DNA of 64,000 bases from an uncultured Planctomycetia bacterium (lineage in GTDB: Bacteria; Omnitrophota; Gorgyraeia; VGKH01; JBHPFN01), in contig CAYOSQ010000004.1 in the NCBI GenBank assembly GCA_964406665.1, positions 49,512 to 113,511 of the forward strand. Reading direction: 5' to 3'. The notes under the pieces were generated by a model. It was not told where the DNA came from. It was given only the letters and a program-made list of their open reading frames with translations, and searched no databases. The position numbers and the translations under genes are program-made. Each line of letters opens with the position of its first letter. The first letter of the stretch is position 1. Below, one piece after another: positions 1 through 7,882 of this stretch.

Positions 1-616
1 GAGATTCAAAATAACTATTCTTACAATGATACGGATTATCTTCTCTCATATAATAATCATCCTCAGCTCCATAAAGAGAATCAGTAACATTGCTATCGGC
101 ATCGCGCCAATCGGATATCGAAGCAGCAATTATTTCTGCTGTTTCCGAATCTACATCAAACGACTCTAAAAAACTAGAAAAAATGGTAAAATTATTTATA
201 TTTATTGCGTTTATATTTAACTTTCTTTCTTCATCCTGCAAGCCAAAGATATAATAAGTTTCTTCTTCGTCAACTGGTAAGTTATAGCCAACAGAATAAG
301 TTCCCTCGCCAACTGAAACATCTTTAAAGATATCTTGCGCAGTAATCTCTTGGGCTATGGATATTCCGCATTCATACAACGTATCATAATCTCTGGTTTC
401 AGGGTTATTAGAGTCTTCTTGAATCCTAGCGAGAACGCTGGAAAATCCAGCTTCAGCTACATAAGAAGCCTTCATTTTATCCAAATAAAAACCAGTAAGA
501 GCTAGTTCTAGCCGCGCCATACGAGCAATACTCATAGCCAAAATAGTCAAAATTACTAAAATCCATATTGTAATTATTAATATTATACCAGATTTATCGT
601 TTTTTCTATATTTCAT
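1..616 (-). CDS. GspK-like minor pseudopilin (T2SS), 3'-truncated by the window edge; start codon at 614-616
   Basis: Hand translation of the reverse complement gives MKYRKNDKSGIILIITIWILVILTILAMSIA... with a prepilin-like N-terminus and a GspK-like body. No stop codon occurs before position 1. The gene sits directly downstream of the gspJ-like gene. Confidence 0.6.
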   Translation of the reverse strand, partial: MKYRKNDKSGIILIITIWILVILTILAMSIARMARLELALTGFYLDKMKASYVAEAGFSSVLARIQEDSNNPETRDYDTLYECGISIAQEITAQDIFKDVSVGEGTYSVGYNLPVDEEETYYIFGLQDEERKLNINAININNFTIFSSFLESFDVDSETAEIIAASISDWRDADSNVTDSLYGAEDDYYMREDNPYHCKNSYFES

Positions 617-618
617 TT

Positions 619-1356
619 CTATTCAGATAAAAAAATAGTTCCAGACGGAATAAAAACAGTTTTGCTAAAACTAACCACTTCATTAGGTTTTTTTGGATTA
701 GCAAGCATAAGGTTAATTTTTACCCCAGCGGGAAAAATATTATTTTGCTTCCAAGAATTCTCCCAGCTTATATCAGTTTCACCTTCGCGCAAACCAACGT
801 TGGCATAATTAAAACTGAGCCCCCCTGGAACCACTAAGGCTGTAAGCGTACTTTCATCTTCGCTCTTAGGCTCCTGCGACCCCAAGCTTTCAGCTAAAGA
901 TATTTCTTGTTTTACTAAATTCATCAACCTTACCTCTTCTCCTTGGAATCGAGCGATTATAGAAGAGGGCATTTCCTTTTGATAATTAACTTTTGTCTCA
1001 GATATATGAATTTGCCCCGGTTCTTTTAAAACAAAACTCACTCTTTTCAATCCAGAATTCGCTGCTATCAAAAAAGAAAATTTATTTTCATCACCTTCAA
1101 AAGCCTTAATCTCAGGATATTTATCAGAGAAATCATACGCCACAACACTCTTTATTTCTCTGGCCATTTGCTCCAATGCCAAACGTGCTTCTTGATAAAT
1201 CCTATTAGCATCCTCAGACCTGCGCCAAACAGATATTCCGCTAGAAAATGTTGAATAAAGCCCTAAAGAAATTACTGAGAAAATCGTAAGAGCGATTAAT
1301 AGCTCAACTAATGTAAATCCTGAGTTTAATAGATGTTTTTCTTTTCTCATTTTCAT
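619..1356 (-). CDS. GspJ-like minor pseudopilin
   Basis: The N-terminus has the prepilin cleavage/methylation motif GFTLVELLIALTIF. It lies in the gsp operon between the gspI-like and gspK-like genes. Confidence 0.6.
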   Translation of the reverse strand: MKMRKEKHLLNSGFTLVELLIALTIFSVISLGLYSTFSSGISVWRRSEDANRIYQEARLALEQMAREIKSVVAYDFSDKYPEIKAFEGDENKFSFLIAANSGLKRVSFVLKEPGQIHISETKVNYQKEMPSSIIARFQGEEVRLMNLVKQEISLAESLGSQEPKSEDESTLTALVVPGGLSFNYANVGLREGETDISWENSWKQNNIFPAGVKINLMLANPKKPNEVVSFSKTVFIPSGTIFLSE

Positions 1357-1748
1357 TGTTCAGATTGATTTTGAAAATATGTTACAACAGAAACTTCTCT
1401 ATTGGCACTTCCCTGTTTCCAAAAAACAGTTGCCTTAATTTCTTTTAAGCTCTCTGGTTCAAGCTGATTTTCAACAGGACTAGCCTCAATTAAATATCTG
1501 TAAAACTCATTTGGCTTAGGGAATATTCCCTCATCTACAATCCCATCTTCAATTTTTTCTTGTAGCCTTATCCCCCAAAGCTTATCTTCGAGAAGAAAAG
1601 AAGCAACAGTATATCCTTGCGTAGCAACAATAGTCCGCAGACACATGCTAAATGAACGCACTATCAGAACAAGGCTGGTAGATAGAATAACGATTACTAC
1701 TAAAACTTCGATCAAACTTAATCCTACATTCTTATTTTTCATATTCAA
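1353..1748 (-). CDS. GspI-like minor pseudopilin
   Basis: GLSLIEVLVVIVIL prepilin N-terminal motif, 131 aa, overlapping its operon neighbours. Confidence 0.55.
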   Translation of the reverse strand: MNMKNKNVGLSLIEVLVVIVILSTSLVLIVRSFSMCLRTIVATQGYTVASFLLEDKLWGIRLQEKIEDGIVDEGIFPKPNEFYRYLIEASPVENQLEPESLKEIKATVFWKQGSANREVSVVTYFQNQSEQ

Positions 1749-2211
1749 ATATTTCTATATATCCAGATTTTCCATTAGTTTTAAGCGTGTACACTTTATT
1801 ATTTTTGTTACGCAAATACAACACAACATCATCAATGCTTCCGTTAGGATAAAACATCACCTGGTATACATGTGTATCAATATCTATATTTTCCGGCAAC
1901 GTTTGAATTTTTCCGTAAGTGCTTTTTATCCTCTCGAAGCCATCCGGATTAAAAGAATCACTTGTTTCTCTTGTAATCCAATATTTTTTTCTTAGGGAAT
2001 CAAAATTTAACTTATAGCTTTTTCGCTCGATGATCGAACGTGCGCGGGCATAGCGCATATCATAAGCAAGGTTAGAAGCAGCATCGCTTAAAAGAAAATT
2101 GGAATAAACATTACGAAAATTAGGAACAGCTGCAGCCAACAAAACACCTATTATTACTATCACTACCAATAATTCAATGAGGGTAAATGCGTAATGTTTA
2201 TTTCTTTTCAA
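1732..2211 (-). CDS. GspH-like pseudopilin
   Basis: AFTLIELLVVIVIIGVLLAAA prepilin motif at the N-terminus. Confidence 0.55.
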   Translation of the reverse strand: MKRNKHYAFTLIELLVVIVIIGVLLAAAVPNFRNVYSNFLLSDAASNLAYDMRYARARSIIERKSYKLNFDSLRKKYWITRETSDSFNPDGFERIKSTYGKIQTLPENIDIDTHVYQVMFYPNGSIDDVVLYLRNKNNKVYTLKTNGKSGYIEIFEYEK

Positions 2212-2314
2212 TTAATTTATCCCCATAAAACAAAAACTAAATTCATTAAAAAAATTTACCCCGAGTAAAAAAATATGCGCTTAGCAATTATTCCCACGGG
2301 GTAAAAAATCAATA

Positions 2315-2761
2315 CTACTCAACACCAGAAGATTCTTCCCAATTAGTTACATCGTCTCCGCCACCTTCAACGCCATCGGATCCCAAAGAATACAGGTCGT
2401 AATCCTCAACATTATGAACTCCGGGTTTAGTATAAACATATGGCCTACCCCAGGGATCAATAGGGAGTTTTCTCTTTTTCAAATAAGGACCATTCCAATT
2501 GGCTGGAACCGGGGCTGATGATGGCTTAGCAATTAAAGCTTCCAATCCTTGTTCGGTTGTAGGATATGTTCCATTATCAAGCTCATATAAATCTAAGGCA
2601 ATAGAAATATTGGCCTCGATATCCGCACCAGCAGCTGCCAGGCGAGCCTGATCAGTTCTACCCACTAGACGCGGCACAGCAGTAGCTGCTAAAATAATCA
2701 ATATTACTATTACCACCATAAGTTCAATCAAAGTAAATCCTTTATTATTTTTGAAAAACAT
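2315..2761 (-). CDS. gspG: T2SS major pseudopilin GspG
   Basis: GFTLIELMVVIVIL N-terminal motif, and a C-terminal PIDPWGRPYVY sequence matching the GspG DPWGxPYxY signature. Confidence 0.75.
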   Translation of the reverse strand: MFFKNNKGFTLIELMVVIVILIILAATAVPRLVGRTDQARLAAAGADIEANISIALDLYELDNGTYPTTEQGLEALIAKPSSAPVPANWNGPYLKKRKLPIDPWGRPYVYTKPGVHNVEDYDLYSLGSDGVEGGGDDVTNWEESSGVE

Positions 2762-2775
2762 AATTTCCTCCCTTT

Positions 2776-3993
2776 TTAGCGAACCATTAAATTCATCTCA
2801 AATATCGGAAGCAACATTGCTAATACAATAAACAAAGCTACGGCACCAATTACAAGCAGCATAATCGGCTCTAGCAAAGATGTAAGAGATTTTATTTTTC
2901 TATCTATTTCCCGCTCAAAAGAATCTGCGATTTTATGCAATGTCTTCTCAAGCTGAGCCGCTTCTTCTCCAACGCTAATCATATTTATTACAACCTCCGG
3001 GAAATATTTACTTGCAGATACAGTTTTTGCCAAGCTAGACCCTTCTATTAAATCTTTCAACATCCTTTCTATATCGATGCGCAATGCCTCGTTGTCAACC
3101 ACCTGAACCACCGAACGGATAGATTGTACTATGGTTACCCCTGACTCCAGAAGAGTTCCCAAGGTCCTGGCGAAACGTGCAATTTCTATTTTTTTAACAT
3201 AATCTCCAACCACCGGAAGTTTCAATTTCATTCTATCAAATGATAATTTACCTTCTTTAGTTCTGACCTGTCTTCTAAAATAAATAAAAACTGCTAAAGT
3301 AGCTGAAGCGACAATCCACCAATAGTTTTTAAAAATATTGCTTACAGATATTAATATTTTAGTTGGAAGTGGAAGCGTTTGAGATAATTCATCAAACATT
3401 ACAACAAGTTTGGGCACGGCAAAAGAAAGTAGGCAGAAAATAGTGAGCATGCCAACAACAGCTAAAATCATAGGATAAGTCAAGCTAGCTCTTACTTTAG
3501 ATATTGTTTCATCTTGACTATCTAAAAAATCAGCCAACCTGTTTAAAATCAGATTTAATTCACCGCTTATTTCTCCCGACTTTACCATGCTTATATAAAG
3601 ATTGCTAAAAACATTGTTATGTCGAGATAATGCTTCGGAGAAAGATCCTCCTTCTTGAATGAAATTTTTTATTTCTAAGACTATACTCTTTAAGGCACGG
3701 TTTTGCGTCTGTTTAGATACAACGTTAAGGGCATTTATTATCGTCAATCCCGAATCCAGAAGATCCGCAAGCTGTCTAGTTAATATACTTAAATCCTGTC
3801 TTTTTATTTTTTCAAAAAGTCGAAAAGAAATACTGGAAGGTTTCTGTTTTACGATATTTTCTTCGGAAATATCAACAGGGAAATACCCCATTTGAGAGAT
3901 TTTATCAAGTGCGGATTCTGGATTATCGGCATCTATTGTGCCTTCGATAATATCCTGAGGTCCTTTTTTTGCCCGATAATGGAATTTTGACAT
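2776..3993 (-). CDS. gspF: T2SS inner-membrane platform protein GspF
   Basis: 405 aa with a duplicated T2SSF-like architecture and transmembrane segments. It sits between the gspG and gspE genes. Confidence 0.8.
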   Translation of the reverse strand: MSKFHYRAKKGPQDIIEGTIDADNPESALDKISQMGYFPVDISEENIVKQKPSSISFRLFEKIKRQDLSILTRQLADLLDSGLTIINALNVVSKQTQNRALKSIVLEIKNFIQEGGSFSEALSRHNNVFSNLYISMVKSGEISGELNLILNRLADFLDSQDETISKVRASLTYPMILAVVGMLTIFCLLSFAVPKLVVMFDELSQTLPLPTKILISVSNIFKNYWWIVASATLAVFIYFRRQVRTKEGKLSFDRMKLKLPVVGDYVKKIEIARFARTLGTLLESGVTIVQSIRSVVQVVDNEALRIDIERMLKDLIEGSSLAKTVSASKYFPEVVINMISVGEEAAQLEKTLHKIADSFEREIDRKIKSLTSLLEPIMLLVIGAVALFIVLAMLLPIFEMNLMVR

Positions 3994-4133
3994 ATATCTT
4001 TATGTTTGATGTTAATTCTATCATAGCAAAAAAGGGTTTTCAAGGCCAAACAAATCAAAAAAATCCAGACCGCTTCTATTAAACATCTGATAAGAAACAA
4101 CCTGGATTCACGTTTGGGTAACGCTTAAATATT

Positions 4134-4499
4134 TTAAACAGAGCTTTTTATAAACTCTATTTGAATATGCTGAATAAGCTTAATGATAAAAAGCTTATCA
4201 TCAATTACTGCATAAGAATCTCCATAGATTTTATAGAATATCTTCTCCTGTGCATTATTGTTATTGCTTACTCTGGTAACAAAAGTCTGTTTCGGTTTAA
4301 GCTTGCCTTCTTTTCTGCGACGATTGATAAAAAGCTGTAAGTCAAAGTCTGAAGTAATTTCTAAAACTTCTTTTACAACATAGATAGTTTTCTTCTCAAG
4401 CTTCTGAGAAATGCCTTGGTCTCGATATGACTCCGAAACAAAAAGCTCTCTACGTCTTTTGTTTGGCGAAACTAAATTTTTCAGTACCATCTCTCTCAT
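4134..4499 (-). CDS. hypothetical protein (121 aa) inserted between gspE and gspF
   Basis: Strong RBS (AAGGAGaaataaaATG). No recognisable motif. Preceded on its own strand by a hairpin plus U-tract terminator. Confidence 0.5.
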   Translation of the reverse strand: MREMVLKNLVSPNKRRRELFVSESYRDQGISQKLEKKTIYVVKEVLEITSDFDLQLFINRRRKEGKLKPKQTFVTRVSNNNNAQEKIFYKIYGDSYAVIDDKLFIIKLIQHIQIEFIKSSV

Positions 4500-4526
4500 T
4501 TTATTTCTCCTTGAATTTAAATCATT

Positions 4527-4557
4527 AAAAAAATCGGACCTTTTCCTTTTAGGTCCG
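4527..4557 (-). terminator. rho-independent terminator-like hairpin (CGGACC..GGTCCG followed by a U-tract on the minus strand)
   Basis: Minus-strand read is CGGACCtaaaaggaaaaGGTCCGATTTTTTT. It sits between the GC-rich non-coding region and the 121-aa ORF. Confidence 0.5.
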
Positions 4558-4564
4558 ATTAATC

Positions 4565-4985
4565 ATCAGGTAAAAAATTAACCCCTAGATTAGTTATCGG
4601 TGCGCTCTGCAATCTTAGGCTATCTTTGTTTTGCCTTTAGACCAGAAGCTTTGCCCCGCTTTCGCGGGATCCTTTTTAGGATGTCCTACAGTTTCCTGCA
4701 GTTTGCCTTTTCGGAATAAGGGTTGCTTATCTATATATTCTAAAGAAAATATAACATTTTTTTACTAAAAAACAATAGGGAAAACGCTATTTCAAGGAAG
4801 CGCTTTCTTTAGGCGAGCACACAACTTACGAACACAACCGTGTGAGTAAGTTGTAAATGCGAGCCAACCCCACACCCGGATTTCTGGGTGTGGGGTCAAT
4901 ATGCTTCTACGAGCGAAGCGAGGTGTAAGGATTAAGTAGACGGCGACGAAGTCGAGGAAACGTAAGTTTCTTAGACGAGCCAATC
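4565..4985 (-). ncRNA. candidate structured non-coding RNA or RNA element of unknown class (GC-rich, multiple strong hairpins)
   Basis: No credible ORF; the 4792..4983 ORF is non-coding in character. GC content is locally elevated against an AT-rich genome. Hairpins include CCCCACACCCnnnGGGTGTGGGG, ACAACTTAC...GTAAGTTGT and CCGCTTTCGCGGG. A downstream terminator closes the region. The strand is inferred from flanking terminators only. Confidence 0.3.
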
Positions 4986-4986
4986 C

Positions 4987-5028
4987 GTCACTAATTTATT
5001 TTAATTTTCAATTATAGAAATTAGTGAC
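4987..5028. repeat. 11-bp perfect inverted repeat (GTCACTAATTT / AAATTAGTGAC) just 3' of gspE
   Basis: Seen directly in the sequence. The ~20-nt loop makes it more likely a protein-binding or structural site than a canonical terminator. Confidence 0.5.
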
Positions 5029-5087
5029 GAGTACAAACAAAAAAATATGATGATTGATGATGAGCATAAATAGTGTTATTGCGGAAT

Positions 5088-6800
5088 CTAATCGATAAGA
5101 AGTTCTTCTTGTTGGGCAACGCGGATAACTTCTGATACTGTTGTTCGGCCCTGCCTTACTTTCTCCCAACCATCTTGAAGTAAAGTTCGCATTCCTGTTT
5201 CGATAGCCTTTTGTTTGATTTGATTTGCAGGAACTCTCTCTAATACCATACTGCGGATTTCTTCATTCATTACTAAAAATTCATATACTCCCGTCCTTCC
5301 TCTGAAGCCCGTAAACTTACATGCTTCACAACCTTTTCCTTCATAAAGCACTAAATTAGATATATCCACATTTTCAATTCCTAAATTTTTTATCATTTGT
5401 TCTTGCGGCTTGACCTCAGTCTTGCAACTTGGACAAATAAGCCTAACTAATCTCTGGGCAACAAAACAATCCACCGATGAAGAAATAAGATAAGACTCAA
5501 CACCCATATCCAAAAGACGGGCAATGGCACTTGCGGCATCATTCGTATGTAGTGTAGAAAAAACCAAATGACCGGTTAAGGCAACCCTGATAGTTATCTC
5601 TGCTGTTTCAAAATCACGTACTTCTCCAACCATCATAATATCAGGGTCATGACGTAACATAGATCTTAATCCTTGAGCAAAAGTAAGCCCAATGCGTGGA
5701 TGAATCTGTATCTGAGTTATTCCCAGAAGTTGATATTCGATAGGGTCTTCAATAGTAATAATCTTTTTCTCAGCCGTATTTATTTTTGATAGACAAGCAT
5801 AAAGCGAAGTTGTCTTTCCAGAACCAGTTGGCCCGGTTACAAATATTATGCCATGAGGTTTTTTTATCAAGGCATCCATTATCTTTAAATCTTCTTTACA
5901 TAATCCTAAATCACTTAAGCTATATAACATGGTTGGAGTTAATAACCTTATTACCACACTTTCTCCGTAAGCTGTAGGTATTACAGAAACTCTTAGATCC
6001 AAATCGTTATCACCTACTCGGACTTTTATGCGGCCGTCTTGAGGTAGGCGCCTCTCTGAAATATTAAGAGAAGACATAATTTTTATTCTGGAAATTATCG
6101 CAGACTGAAACTGTTTTATGGCAGGCGGAACCTTTGCATCATAAAGGATGCCGTCGATTCGATAACGAATCTTAAGCTGATTATCATGCGGTTCAATATG
6201 AATATCAGTTGCCCTATCTCGAAAAGCCTCGAGTAAAATTTGATTTACTAGTTTACCTACTGTAGCATCATTAGCAAGCTGTTCGATATCTTCGGTTTTA
6301 GATTTTGTAGTTGCCTCAACTCCATCTGCTGTATCCATCATCTTTTCAATTGTCTCAGCTCCAACTCCATAATACTGTCTGATTGACTCAACAATATCTT
6401 TTTCTCCTCCGATAGCTGCCTTAATTTTATACCCTAACAAAAGAGAGATATCATCTAAAACTGTAACATTAAGTGGATCAGTAACAACAATAGTCAAGAG
6501 ATCATTCTCATGCTGTATTGGCATTAATTTGTAGTGATAGGCAAATTTGGCGGGAACTTTTTTTTTTACTTCAGTGTTAACAGCTATTTCTTTAATTTTG
6601 ATATAATCAATATTTAACTGTTTAGAAAGTACCGGCAGGATATCTTCTTCAGTTGCAAAACCTAACTTGATTATTGACGTTCCTAAGAAATCACCGGTTT
6701 TTTTATGTTCCTCTACAGCAGCAACTAGTTCGTCTTCGGTGATTACTCCAGCATCCACCAGCATTCTACCAAGCAAAGTAACGGTCTTTTTCTCTACCAT
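5088..6800 (-). CDS. gspE: T2SS ATPase GspE with an N-terminal MshEN-like domain
   Basis: Walker A GPTGSGKTT, a GspE/PilB-type ATPase core, and a C-terminal CxxC...CxxC tetracysteine motif. The N-terminus (LLGRMLVDAGVITEDELVAAVEEHKKTG) resembles the MshEN c-di-GMP-binding motif. Confidence 0.85.
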   Translation of the reverse strand: MVEKKTVTLLGRMLVDAGVITEDELVAAVEEHKKTGDFLGTSIIKLGFATEEDILPVLSKQLNIDYIKIKEIAVNTEVKKKVPAKFAYHYKLMPIQHENDLLTIVVTDPLNVTVLDDISLLLGYKIKAAIGGEKDIVESIRQYYGVGAETIEKMMDTADGVEATTKSKTEDIEQLANDATVGKLVNQILLEAFRDRATDIHIEPHDNQLKIRYRIDGILYDAKVPPAIKQFQSAIISRIKIMSSLNISERRLPQDGRIKVRVGDNDLDLRVSVIPTAYGESVVIRLLTPTMLYSLSDLGLCKEDLKIMDALIKKPHGIIFVTGPTGSGKTTSLYACLSKINTAEKKIITIEDPIEYQLLGITQIQIHPRIGLTFAQGLRSMLRHDPDIMMVGEVRDFETAEITIRVALTGHLVFSTLHTNDAASAIARLLDMGVESYLISSSVDCFVAQRLVRLICPSCKTEVKPQEQMIKNLGIENVDISNLVLYEGKGCEACKFTGFRGRTGVYEFLVMNEEIRSMVLERVPANQIKQKAIETGMRTLLQDGWEKVRQGRTTVSEVIRVAQQEELLID

Positions 6801-6896
6801 GCAATCCCTTTTAATAAAAGACTCTACAGAATCAAAGCTAATTTCCGTTTTGATAAAATTATACTACAATAGCATTATTAAATCAAAAAAGCTTGG

Positions 6897-7000
6897 TGGA
6901 GGTGGCGGGAATCGTTCAAGCACGATTCCATCGTTATTTTCTCATGGAATCGAGTACTCCTTATTTTACATACTGAGTGCATATTTCCGCAACTCTCCGT
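6897..7000 (-). repeat. Repeat R1 (~100 nt); its first 18 nt (6897-6914) are identical to the 3' end of the tmRNA gene
   Basis: TGGAGGTGGCGGGAATCG is identical to 9441-9458. The rest of the element is ~80% similar to R2 (7743-7845) and not similar to ssrA. Confidence 0.6.
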
Positions 7001-7118
7001 TGAGAAATATATTACTATATTTCCGTCGGAAAGTCAACGCGCATGTTTCTTATCAAAAATATGGGGGATGACGCTAAAGCGTCATCCCCCTAATAGCAAA
7101 TGCCTCAACTCTTAAAAA

Positions 7119-7340
7119 TTACTTCTTAGAGCAAAAACATTTGCCGCATACACCAACATCTCCGCAACGGCATGCTTCTCCCTTGCAACATGCTCCCTCA
7201 CATTCACATTTACCACCTACGCAGCATGTACCATCTGAGCAGGCACACTTTGATTTCAAACAACATCCTGCCTCAACGGAAAATGCAAATCCCGAAAGCA
7301 TTAGAGATGCTATAACAAAGACAATAAGTAGTCTTTTCAT
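7119..7340 (-). CDS. secreted cysteine-rich (metallothionein-like) small protein, 73 aa
   Basis: Signal peptide MKRLLIVFVIASLMLSGFAFSVEA, then a 49-aa mature region with 16 Cys in CC/CxC/CxxC arrangements. Good RBS (AAGGAGA). Confidence 0.6.
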   Translation of the reverse strand: MKRLLIVFVIASLMLSGFAFSVEAGCCLKSKCACSDGTCCVGGKCECEGACCKGEACRCGDVGVCGKCFCSKK

Positions 7341-7399
7341 GGCTATTCTCCTTAAAATTAACTATTGTGTTTTAATTTAATTCTTAACCTAAACATCAA

Positions 7400-7702
7400 T
7401 TAGGAAAGCTTGGGTGGACGGAAGACTTGACGAGCAATATCTTTTTCGTAAGTAAAAATAAGCTGATAATAAAAACTGTCTTGTGTAATAATATTAGGAA
7501 AGGTTAAATCTGAAACAATAAATGGAATCGGCTGCCCAGATGAAGAGCATATCTGCCCGCTGCTTTCACAAGAACAATTATAGCAAGAACACTCATCTTC
7601 ACAGCATGAGATAGAAAGCTCAGCTACAGATAATCCTGTGGACCAAATCATAATAAAAGCAACTATAGCTATAATAATAAACTTTTTACCCATCGTTTTC
7701 AC
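7400..7702 (-). CDS. secreted cysteine-rich small protein, 100 aa
   Basis: Signal peptide followed by SISCCEDECSCYNCSCESSGQICSS (8 Cys). RBS AGGTGA. An extended -10 (TGTGTTATACT) lies immediately upstream on the minus strand at 7727-7737. Confidence 0.55.
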   Translation of the reverse strand: MKTMGKKFIIIAIVAFIMIWSTGLSVAELSISCCEDECSCYNCSCESSGQICSSSGQPIPFIVSDLTFPNIITQDSFYYQLIFTYEKDIARQVFRPPKLS

Positions 7703-7726
7703 CTATTCCACTTAAAGTATAACACA

Positions 7727-7737
7727 TTTATAAGAAT
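7727..7737 (-). promoter_or_regulatory. extended -10 promoter element (TGtGtTATACT) upstream of the 100-aa Cys-rich peptide gene
   Basis: Sequence motif located ~25 nt upstream of the start codon. Confidence 0.35.
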
Positions 7738-7742
7738 CTAAT

Positions 7743-7845
7743 GAAGGTGACGGTAATCGTTCGAGCGCGATTCCATCGTTATTTTCTCGCAAGGAATCGA
7801 GTACTCCCTATTTTACTTATTGAGTGCGTATTTCCGCAACTTTCG
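7743..7845 (-). repeat. Repeat R2, a second copy of the ~100-nt element with a degenerate ssrA-3'-like head (GAAGGTGACGGTAATCG)
   Basis: It aligns with R1 along the whole element. It contains the same alternative-pairing segments (CGATTCC / GGAATCG / CGATTaCC). Confidence 0.55.
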
Positions 7846-7882
7846 TCAATATACATCTCTCTAAATGATCACCTCAACCTGC

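Noticed and set aside
3659-3895. Plus-strand ORFs lying inside large minus-strand genes: 3659..3895, 5786..5977, 6667..7071, 8081..8329, 8181..8366, 8481..8672, 8817..9128, 10646..10909, 10918..11103, 12357..12599, 22697..22897, 23006..23314, 23399..23911, 28718..28945, 29009..29371, 29925..30335, 30339..30551, 32131..32355, 32478..32705, 32960..33220, 37019..37237, 37807..38049, 40202..40429, 42051..42257, 43401..43661, 43680..43880, 44222..44560, 46420..46602, 47411..47752, 48627..48851, 48945..49166, 52095..52283, 52816..53046, 53431..53691, 54463..54792, 58549..58752, 58709..58909, 61362..61577 and 63209..63394
   Set aside because: They are antisense to well-supported genes with clear motifs, have low-complexity composition and lack RBS signals. 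They are typical shadow ORFs of an AT-rich genome.
4792-4983. 63-aa minus-strand ORF inside the GC-rich block
   Set aside because: It has an Arg/Leu/Trp-rich composition typical of a GC-rich non-coding stretch and no RBS. The region reads better as structured RNA.
6897-7000. R1 and R2 considered as additional tRNA or tmRNA genes
   Set aside because: Only a T-arm-like hairpin and acceptor-like strand are present. No D-arm, anticodon arm or complementary 5' acceptor strand could be found, so they are not intact tRNA-like genes.
7141-7380. His/Pro/Ser-rich 79-aa plus-strand ORF
   Set aside because: It is the antisense of the Cys-rich peptide gene; cysteine codons read as His/Pro/Gln-rich sequence on the other strand. 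There is no RBS.
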